Shown here: positions 50,310-57,279 of the stretch, one piece after another
Position numbering within the stretch: the stretch's first letter is position 1
Layout: each line of letters starts with the position of its first letter
DNA from: an uncultured Bacilli bacterium
Lineage (GTDB): Bacteria > Bacillota_I > Bacilli_A > RF39 > UBA660
Direction: 5' to 3'
Assembly (NCBI GenBank): GCA_934098705.1
Contig: CAKOPC010000002.1
Span: 158,457 to 222,456, forward strand
DNA: 64,000 nucleotides
Made by a program: the position numbers and the translations under genes
The notes under the pieces: model-generated
Seen by the model: the letters and a program-made list of their open reading frames with translations, nothing else
Database searches by the model: none
What the model was told of the DNA's origin: nothing

Positions 50310-50319
50310 AATGCACCTC

Positions 50320-51108
50320 TTATAATTTTATTTCAACAACTGTACCATTGTCTTTTTCTACCTTGTAACTTCTCTTTAAAATATCAACATCTGTTACTTT
50401 ACCAGTTACATCACTAGTATTTATATTATCCCCAACACTTGGAAGACCATTCCTACATTCTTTATAAAAATCATTTTCATACGCTAAACAACACATAAGT
50501 CTCCCACAAGCACCATTAATTTTGGTAGGATTAAGTGCCAAATTTTGATTTTTTGCCATATTAATTGATACTGACGACATATCCTTTAAAAAACTATAAC
50601 AGCAAAGAGTTCTACCACACTGTCCTATACCACCAACTTCTTTTGCTTTATCTCTAACTCCAATTTGCCTTAATTCTATTCTTGTTTTATAAACTGAAGC
50701 AAGTTTTTTAGCAAGTTCTCTAAAATCAACCCTATCATCCGCTAAAAAGTTAAAAAGTAATTGATTTCTATCAAAAGTAAAACTAGCATTTAAAATTTTC
50801 ATATCAATACCAAGTTCTTTAATAAATTTATTAGCACTTTTTATAGCACGTTCATTATCCTTTACATTTTTTTCATTTATTTTAGCATCTTCTAAAGTAG
50901 CAATCCTTAATATATTTTTAACAGGTATTAAAATTTTTGTTTCATCAACCTCTATTAATTTTGTTGAAACCTTACCATATTGTAAACCTCTTTCAGTTTC
51001 AACAATAACAAAATCATTTAAATTACATATATTATCATTTGGCAAAAAATAATATATTTTATTTGACTTTTCAAAACAAACACCAACAACTTTAATCATT
51101 ATAATCAC
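50320..51108 (-). CDS. ricT: PSP1 domain protein YaaT/RicT (stage 0 sporulation / RNase Y regulator complex)
   Basis: The Cys cluster CGRTLCCYSFL...CGRLMCCLAYE typical of YaaT is present. It is adjacent to holB. Confidence 0.8.
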   Translation of the reverse strand: MIIMIKVVGVCFEKSNKIYYFLPNDNICNLNDFVIVETERGLQYGKVSTKLIEVDETKILIPVKNILRIATLEDAKINEKNVKDNERAIKSANKFIKELGIDMKILNASFTFDRNQLLFNFLADDRVDFRELAKKLASVYKTRIELRQIGVRDKAKEVGGIGQCGRTLCCYSFLKDMSSVSINMAKNQNLALNPTKINGACGRLMCCLAYENDFYKECRNGLPSVGDNINTSDVTGKVTDVDILKRSYKVEKDNGTVVEIKL

Positions 51109-52033
51109 CCATACTTATAATAAAATTGTCAATAAATAAATCCCTATTTAAATTTAATTTGTTTAAGAAAATAAATTTGTTAACAATTTCAATTTTTCTT
51201 ATTATATCACAAATTTTATTTTTATTTGCCACTTTTTTTATTTCAGCTTCATAATCTTTCATATAACATATCGTTTTTTCAAGTAAAACATTTAAAACTT
51301 CTATATAAAAATATAAAAAAATAGTAAAAATAAGTTCTAATTTATCCTTGTAATCATATAAATTTTGATATGCAATAACTTGTTCTTTATAATTTTCTAA
51401 GTCAACTAAAAAAAACACTGCAAAATTATTAATATTTTTCTTAAATTCCTCTATATTATCCAAATCATTATATTTTTGGTACAATTCTTCTTTTATTTTT
51501 GTATTATTATTCTTTAAAGATAAAATTTGACATCTTGATACTATTGTATCTATGCAATTATAAACATTATCAGTAATTAAAATAGCTATTATATTTTCAT
51601 GTGGTTCCTCTAAAAATTTAAGTATAGTATTAGCGGAAGCTTTATTTAAAAGATTAGCCTGTTTTATTATATAAATAAGATATTTTCCATATAAATTTTT
51701 AAATTTAAATTCTTCTTGCAACTCTAATAATTGTTCCTTTTTTATATTTTTACCATCAGTTTCTATTATTTTTAAATCAGGATAATTACCTTTATCAATA
51801 TTACTACAAATATTACATGAAACACATTTACTACTATTTGTATAATTTTTAGGACACAAAAAAGTTTTTGCTAAAGCAAGTGCTATACCAAATCCTTCAT
51901 CACATCCATTTGTTTCAATTAAATATGCATGACTAATTTTACCATTTTGTATTATTTTAGAAACATATTTTAGAAACAAAGGTTGAGTATCTTTAAAATC
52001 ATCTAACATAAATATCACCACCCTAAAAGGCAA
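51092..52033 (-). CDS. holB: DNA polymerase III subunit delta-prime
   Basis: ISHAYLIETNGCDEGFGIALALAKTFLC (a degenerate Walker A) and a zinc module CPKNYTNSSKCVSCNIC are present. It lies between yaaT and bofA. Confidence 0.75.
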   Translation of the reverse strand: MPFRVVIFMLDDFKDTQPLFLKYVSKIIQNGKISHAYLIETNGCDEGFGIALALAKTFLCPKNYTNSSKCVSCNICSNIDKGNYPDLKIIETDGKNIKKEQLLELQEEFKFKNLYGKYLIYIIKQANLLNKASANTILKFLEEPHENIIAILITDNVYNCIDTIVSRCQILSLKNNNTKIKEELYQKYNDLDNIEEFKKNINNFAVFFLVDLENYKEQVIAYQNLYDYKDKLELIFTIFLYFYIEVLNVLLEKTICYMKDYEAEIKKVANKNKICDIIRKIEIVNKFIFLNKLNLNRDLFIDNFIISMGDYND

Positions 52034-52208
52034 TTAATTTAAAAACAACTAACAAAATTAATCCTGGTATTCCTAAAAAACCAACAATTACTGTATTAAA
52101 TAAATTAATTGGAACTATAACATTAAGTGGAACTGCTATAACATTATATAAATATAAAATAAACGGAGCAAGCAAAAAACCTCTTAAGAAAACTAAGACT
52201 TTTTTCAT
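52023..52208 (-). CDS. bofA: Sigma-K processing regulatory protein BofA-like membrane protein
   Basis: VPINLFNTVIVGFLGIPGLILLVVFK aligns with B. subtilis BofA (VPINLVTTAISGILGIPGIAALVVIK). Its position after recR is conserved. Confidence 0.6.
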   Translation of the reverse strand: MKKVLVFLRGFLLAPFILYLYNVIAVPLNVIVPINLFNTVIVGFLGIPGLILLVVFKLIAF

Positions 52209-52243
52209 ATAAATATATCACCATGATATTATATGAAAAACTT

Positions 52244-52849
52244 TTATTTTTTATTGTTTAACTCAAGTCTATTTTTTAAAGCTTGTTCCAAAGTCAATGC
52301 ATCAACATAATCCATTTCTGCTCCTATTGGAATACCACTTGCAATTTTTGTTATTTTAACATTCTTGCCTTCTAACATCTTTTTAATATATAAAGAAGTT
52401 GTATCTGCTTCAATACTAGATTTTATTGCCAATATTATTTCTTTTACGCCATTTTCATCTACTCTTTTTACCAATGACTTTAAGTTTATATCATCAGGAA
52501 GTATACCATCAATAGGAGAAATAAAGCCCCCTAGTACATGATAATACCCCTTAAAATTACCTAGTTTTTCAAATAAAAAAGCATCTTTAGAGTCTTCAAC
52601 TACAATAAGTTCTTCTTTATCTCTTGTAACATCTCTGCATACAAAACAAGTATCACTATCAGTTAACATACCACAATTTTTACACGGTTTTATAATTTTT
52701 TTTAAATTTGATATGCTGTCACTAAATAAATCAATGTCTTCATCTGCAAAAGATAATAAAGAAAATGATAACCTTTCTGCTGTTTTCTCACCTATCCCAG
52801 GTAACTTTTTAAAAGATTCTATTAAATCATTTAATACTTTAGGATACAT
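52244..52849 (-). CDS. recR: Recombination protein RecR
   Basis: The HhH motif LPGIGEKTAERL, the C4 zinc finger CKNCGMLTDSDTCFVC and a Toprim domain are present. Confidence 0.95.
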   Translation of the reverse strand: MYPKVLNDLIESFKKLPGIGEKTAERLSFSLLSFADEDIDLFSDSISNLKKIIKPCKNCGMLTDSDTCFVCRDVTRDKEELIVVEDSKDAFLFEKLGNFKGYYHVLGGFISPIDGILPDDINLKSLVKRVDENGVKEIILAIKSSIEADTTSLYIKKMLEGKNVKITKIASGIPIGAEMDYVDALTLEQALKNRLELNNKK

Positions 52850-52852
52850 AAA

Positions 52853-53149
52853 CTACATAATACCTTGCATCATACTAGCATATTTACCAAGTTTAGATTC
52901 TTTAAACTTATCAACTTGAGAAAAAGCATCATTTAAAGCTAACATAATCATATCTTCTAACATTGATAAATCATCTTTTAAATCCTCTAAACCATCTATT
53001 GAAACATCCTTTACTTCTTTTGTACCCATTACTTTTACTGTAACCACTCCATTTTTGCCAACAAATTCTGTTTCATTAATTGTTTTTTGAGCTTGAGTTA
53101 TCTCTTTTTGCATCATTTGTGCTTGTCTCATTAAAGCTTGCATATTCAT
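52853..53149 (-). CDS. ybaB: Nucleoid-associated protein YbaB/EbfC
   Basis: The protein is 98 aa. MNMQALMRQAQMMQKEI...GVVTVKVMGTKEV...MLEDMIMLALNDA is the canonical YbaB. Confidence 0.93.
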   Translation of the reverse strand: MNMQALMRQAQMMQKEITQAQKTINETEFVGKNGVVTVKVMGTKEVKDVSIDGLEDLKDDLSMLEDMIMLALNDAFSQVDKFKESKLGKYASMMQGIM

Positions 53150-53166
53150 AATTTTTTATCTCCTTT

Positions 53167-54882
53167 TCACTTTAATTCTATTAATTCATCACCAAATAGA
53201 TCTTTTGCCTCATCTAACATTTCATTAGAATCTAAATTTTTAGATGATTCATCACTTATTTTTTCATCATCTAAATTTTTTTCCTGTTGTATCTCATATT
53301 TTATACCATTTTTTAAATCTTGTATATACTTTTGTTTTAAATCCTTCCACTCGTCTTCTAAAATAAAAGCAATTTTATAATGATGTTTCATGGCATCTTC
53401 AAGTAACTCCTCTATTTTAGATATATTAATTAAAGCATTTTTCAAAATTGAACTATATTTTACAGAAACTATTATGTAGTTGTTAGAAGCAACCTTTAAA
53501 ACTCCATCATTCAAATAAGAGCATACTTTACTATATTTTTCAGTAAAAGAATATTCATTTATAGTAGGCCAATTTAACCTTAATTTTTCTAAAATATTCT
53601 TATCAGCCTCTGCAAAAGCATTATTTATTCTAATTAACCTATTTTCTTCAATAACAGAAGACAATTTTGAAATTTTATCATTTAATTCTTTAGATTCTTC
53701 AAATTTTACCTTACCATCTTCAACATAAATACTTTTTTCCTTTATTAAATTAATAGGTGTTACTAAATCTTCTTTAGTATTTTCTTTTTCTTTTTGTAAA
53801 TTTTCAGGTACAAAATTACCAAAATTTTCCTTTTTTTGATTTTTTTCTAATATTTTTAATAATCCAACTTGTAAAATTATTTTAGGAAAGCTACTATTTT
53901 TCATGTTAATAGAAACATCATTTAATATATCAATAGCATCATATATCACTTTTGCATCTAATATACTATTTTTATTATTTTCTATTGCATCAACTAACAT
54001 ATCTTTTAAAAATATCATTAATTCTTGTGCTAATAAGACAAGATTCTTGCCTTTACTATCTTCATCATCAATTTTATCAAACATTTGTTTGATATTGTCG
54101 TTATTAATGCAATCAACAATTATCTTTAAATCCTCTTGCTTAGTAAGCCCCCTTATCTCATAAAAATCATCTTCAGTTACTTTATTATTACAAGAAATAA
54201 GTTTATCAAGCATATTAATAGCATCTCTTAATCCACCATCACTATATTTTGCAATTAATTCCAATGTTCCACGTGGAACATCTAAATTTTCACGTTCTAC
54301 TATCTCATTTAATTTCTTTACTATATCTTTTTCACTTATTTTTTCAAAATTAAAGCATTGGCATCTTGAAACAATAGTTTCTGGAACTTTATAAAATTCG
54401 GTTGTTGCTAATATAAATATTACATGTTGAGGAGGCTCTTCCAAAGTTTTTAGTAAAGCATTAAACGCTCCTATAGACAACATATGTACCTCATCTATAA
54501 TATAAACTTTATATTTTGAAATTGAAGGCATTAAATCTACTTTTTCTTTTATTTCTCTAATTTCATCAACACCATTATTTGAAGCAGCATCAATTTCAAT
54601 AATATCAGGGTTATTCTTATTATTATAAGCTATACAACTATCACATTTATCACAAGCTACTAAACCAGTTCTATTAGAACAATTAACTAATTTAGCAATT
54701 AATTTGGCTGTAGTAGTCTTACCAGTACCCCTAGGACCTGAAAACAAATAAGCATGAGATATTTTATTATTATTAATTGAATTTTCAAGTATTTTTACTA
54801 TTTTATTTTGTCCCACAACTTCTTCAAATTTTTGTGGTCTATATTTTCTATATAAAGCTAAATAACTCATATTCCCACTCAC
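53167..54882 (-). CDS. dnaX: DNA polymerase III subunits gamma/tau
   Basis: YRPQKFEEVVGQ, GPRGTGKTT (Walker A), the zinc module CDKCDSC and DEVHML are present. Confidence 0.95.
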   Translation of the reverse strand: MSGNMSYLALYRKYRPQKFEEVVGQNKIVKILENSINNNKISHAYLFSGPRGTGKTTTAKLIAKLVNCSNRTGLVACDKCDSCIAYNNKNNPDIIEIDAASNNGVDEIREIKEKVDLMPSISKYKVYIIDEVHMLSIGAFNALLKTLEEPPQHVIFILATTEFYKVPETIVSRCQCFNFEKISEKDIVKKLNEIVERENLDVPRGTLELIAKYSDGGLRDAINMLDKLISCNNKVTEDDFYEIRGLTKQEDLKIIVDCINNDNIKQMFDKIDDEDSKGKNLVLLAQELMIFLKDMLVDAIENNKNSILDAKVIYDAIDILNDVSINMKNSSFPKIILQVGLLKILEKNQKKENFGNFVPENLQKEKENTKEDLVTPINLIKEKSIYVEDGKVKFEESKELNDKISKLSSVIEENRLIRINNAFAEADKNILEKLRLNWPTINEYSFTEKYSKVCSYLNDGVLKVASNNYIIVSVKYSSILKNALINISKIEELLEDAMKHHYKIAFILEDEWKDLKQKYIQDLKNGIKYEIQQEKNLDDEKISDESSKNLDSNEMLDEAKDLFGDELIELK

Positions 54883-54984
54883 TTTCTTAAAATATACATT
54901 AATATTATACCTTATAACCCATTTTATTTAAAGATTTTTGTCATTTTAAAGAAAAATATTTAATAATTTTTGTTAATATCTCAA

Positions 54985-55000
54985 TGTTCCACGTGGAACA
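54985..55000. repeat. parS-type palindrome TGTTCCACGTGGAACA (copy 1)
   Basis: An exact 16-bp palindrome with one symmetric substitution relative to the ParB/Spo0J consensus TGTTTCACGTGAAACA. It sits within the 20-bp perfect palindrome AATGTTCCACGTGGAACATT. Confidence 0.75.
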
Positions 55001-55151
55001 TTATAAAAATAATATAAAAATAACTGAAAATTGATAATTTTAGCCTTTTTTAGCTTAAATTAACATTATTTTTATATTTTATATCAAATTTATAAAGTAT
55101 ATTGCATATAATTTTTTTTATAAACATCACTTTTATTGTTAATAACTCCAA

Positions 55152-55167
55152 TGTTCCACGTGGAACA
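55152..55167. repeat. parS-type palindrome (copy 2)
   Basis: TGTTCCACGTGGAACA, preceded by the conserved flank ttattgttaata. Confidence 0.75.
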
Positions 55168-55253
55168 TTGGGCATTTTTATATTAAATAACCAAAATTAT
55201 TATTTTTTATATTTACAAAATAATTATATTTAAAATATAATATCTTTAAAAAT

Positions 55254-55269
55254 TATTTCCCGGGAAATA
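55254..55269. repeat. Noc-binding-site (NBS) palindrome TATTTCCCGGGAAATA (copy a)
   Basis: An exact match to the published B. subtilis Noc-binding consensus. It sits within the 20-bp palindrome ATTATTTCCCGGGAAATAAT. Confidence 0.7.
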
Positions 55270-55374
55270 ATTTTTTATTTGTTAAATTATAACATTATCG
55301 TTTTAATTTATTAATATATCAAAACTATATTAAATATAGTTTTGATATTGTACTTTTTATTGTTAATAAATCAA

Positions 55375-55390
55375 TGTTCCACGTGAAACA
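55375..55390. repeat. parS site TGTTCCACGTGAAACA (copy 3, variant)
   Basis: Identical to the B. subtilis spo0J-internal parS sequence. Confidence 0.8.
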
Positions 55391-55569
55391 TTAAAATTAA
55401 TTTAAATAATGGTATTTAGAATAACATTTAATTAAATATCAAGACATTATTAAATCATATATATAAATATAGTTTTATTTTTTATAATATAAAATTAATT
55501 ACTAATAAATATGTATAATTTTATAATTAAATTTAAAAATTATATTTTATATTTTGTTAATATTTATAA

Positions 55570-55585
55570 TGTTCCACGTGGAACA
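55570..55585. repeat. parS-type palindrome (copy 4)
   Basis: TGTTCCACGTGGAACA with the flank tttgttaatatttata. Confidence 0.75.
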
Positions 55586-55696
55586 TAGTAATCATTAATT
55601 AAAACCATTCCAATCATAATTAATAAAAAGTAATTAAAAAATATATATTATTACTTTTTATTATAATCTATGTTTTTTTTATTGTTAATATCTTAA

Positions 55697-55712
55697 TGTT
55701 CCACGTGGAACA
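55697..55712. repeat. parS-type palindrome (copy 5)
   Basis: TGTTCCACGTGGAACA. Confidence 0.75.
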
Positions 55713-55825
55713 TTATATATGTTATATATAAAATAGTAAAAAAAATGCACATTTTAATATATTTAATATATAGTAATATATTTATAATTTGTTATATTTA
55801 AATTTGTTAAAAATATTAAAAAAAT

Positions 55826-55841
55826 TATTTCCCGGGAAATA
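55826..55841. repeat. NBS palindrome TATTTCCCGGGAAATA (copy b)
   Basis: An exact NBS consensus with a conserved flank (aaaattatttcccgggaaataattttttattt). Confidence 0.7.
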
Positions 55842-55915
55842 ATTTTTTATTTATTGATTAAAATATATAATTATTTTTATATAAATATTGAAAAATATTA
55901 TTGTTAATAAATCAA

Positions 55916-55931
55916 TGTTCCACGTGGAACA
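55916..55931. repeat. parS-type palindrome (copy 6), abutting or overlapping the tadA stop codon
   Basis: TGTTCCACGTGGAACA. The 20-bp palindrome ends at 55933, which is the tadA stop. Confidence 0.75.
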
Positions 55932-55932
55932 T

Positions 55933-56340
55933 TTACCTTAATTTATCAAAAAAAGTATTTAAAAGCTTACTATAACTGATTTTATCCGCTATTTTATAAT
56001 AATTTATATTGTTTACAAAATTTTTATGATAGTTAGAGTCCAAAATATAATATACTTTAGAAATTCTCGATTCATTTATCGCACCCTCACACATTTTACA
56101 TGGTTTTAACGTTGTATATAATATACAATCACTTAATATCCATGTTTTTAATTTTTTACAAGCCCTTTTTATAGCAATTATTTCAGCATGAGCTATAGAA
56201 ATATTAGTTGAATTTTTCATATTATGAGCTTTTGCAATTACTTTGCCATCTTTTACAATAATTGCACTTACTGGTACATTATTGTTTTTATATGCTTTCT
56301 TTGCTTCCTTAAAAAGAATTTCCTCATACTTATCATTCAT
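55933..56340 (-). CDS. tadA: tRNA-specific adenosine(34) deaminase TadA. The start is reassigned to the internal ATG at 56340; the ORF track extends it to 56460.
   Basis: HAEIIAIKRA and PCKMCEGAI (the CDA zinc motifs H-A-E and PC-x-x-C) are present. MNDKYEEILFKEAKKAY aligns with the TadA N-terminus. The RBS ggtgg lies 7 nt upstream of the ATG at 56340. The first 40 aa of the longer ORF have no homology. Confidence 0.85.
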   Translation of the reverse strand: MNDKYEEILFKEAKKAYKNNNVPVSAIIVKDGKVIAKAHNMKNSTNISIAHAEIIAIKRACKKLKTWILSDCILYTTLKPCKMCEGAINESRISKVYYILDSNYHKNFVNNINYYKIADKISYSKLLNTFFDKLR

Positions 56341-56512
56341 AAATACCACCATTTTTTTAATATTAATAAAAAAGTGCACACACATAGAGGTTATTAAGGC
56401 TGCTACTTTCCAATCCTGACCTATTTCTAACATTTGTGTTGCACATATAAATACTAACAAAAATATTATTACTTTGTCAATAAATATTTATTTTTTTATT
56501 ATTAATATTTAA

Positions 56513-56528
56513 TGTTCCACGTGGAACA
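56513..56528. repeat. parS-type palindrome (copy 7)
   Basis: TGTTCCACGTGGAACA. Confidence 0.75.
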
Positions 56529-56631
56529 TTAATAAAGATGATAAATAATTTTTGCAAATATAGTATAATTTATTTAAAAAAATGCTATTATTATTATTTA
56601 TAATGGTTTTTTACTATTGTTAATAAATCAA

Positions 56632-56647
56632 TGTTCCACGTGGAACA
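56632..56647. repeat. parS-type palindrome (copy 8)
   Basis: TGTTCCACGTGGAACA with the flank ctattgttaataaatc. Confidence 0.75.
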
Positions 56648-56743
56648 TTGTACGTTTTTATATAAAATAACTAAAGTTATCATTTTTTTATATCAATAAA
56701 ATAATTATATTTAAATTTTTAAAATATAATATCTTTCAAAAAT

Positions 56744-56759
56744 TATTTCCCGGGAAATA
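56744..56759. repeat. NBS palindrome TATTTCCCGGGAAATA (copy c)
   Basis: An exact NBS consensus. Its flanks are about 90% identical to those of copy a. Confidence 0.7.
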
Positions 56760-56880
56760 ATTTTTTTATTTATTAATTACATTGTTAATGCTTAAAATTA
56801 TTAATAATTTGATTTATCAATATATAATAACAATATCAAATATATTTTTAATATTGTATTTTTTATTGTTAATAAATCAA

Positions 56881-56896
56881 TGTTCCACGTGGAACA
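56881..56896. repeat. parS-type palindrome (copy 9)
   Basis: TGTTCCACGTGGAACA with the flank ttttattgttaataaatc. Confidence 0.75.
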
Positions 56897-57078
56897 TTGA
56901 AATTAAATTAAATAATGAAGTATAAAAAATAGTTGATTAGATAATAAAATATTAGTAATTGATATATAAACTATTACATTGGTATTTTTTTGTTTATAAT
57001 ATTAAAATTATTGATACTATCACAATTAAATTAAAATATTAGTAAATAATATATTTTAAAATTTGTTAATATTTATAA

Positions 57079-57094
57079 TGTTCCACGTGGAACA
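57079..57094. repeat. parS-type palindrome (copy 10)
   Basis: TGTTCCACGTGGAACA with the flank tttgttaatatttata (the same as copy 4). Confidence 0.75.
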
Positions 57095-57258
57095 TTGACT
57101 AACAATACATATTACTTAATACATATTTCAAATATTAATATCTAAATTAAAAGTATAATAAAATATACATATATATTAATTGTTTATCTTTTACTTTAAA
57201 ATGTTATTATTTTTGTAAAATATTATTAGTTAATGAATAATATTTTACAAAAATGCAA

Positions 57259-57274
57259 TGTTCCACGTGGAACA
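57259..57274. repeat. parS-type palindrome (copy 11), embedded in a 28-bp perfect palindrome that ends at the gyrA stop
   Basis: ATGCAATGTTCCACGTGGAACATTGCAT at 57253..57280. The gyrA stop codon is at 57280..57282. Confidence 0.75.
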
Positions 57275-57279
57275 TTGCA

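Noticed and set aside
55933-56460. Full-length 175-aa TadA ORF as given in the ORF track
   Set aside because: The first 40 residues have no homology and no RBS. The internal ATG at 56340 has a GGTGG RBS and starts the conserved TadA N-terminus, so the shorter CDS is preferred.
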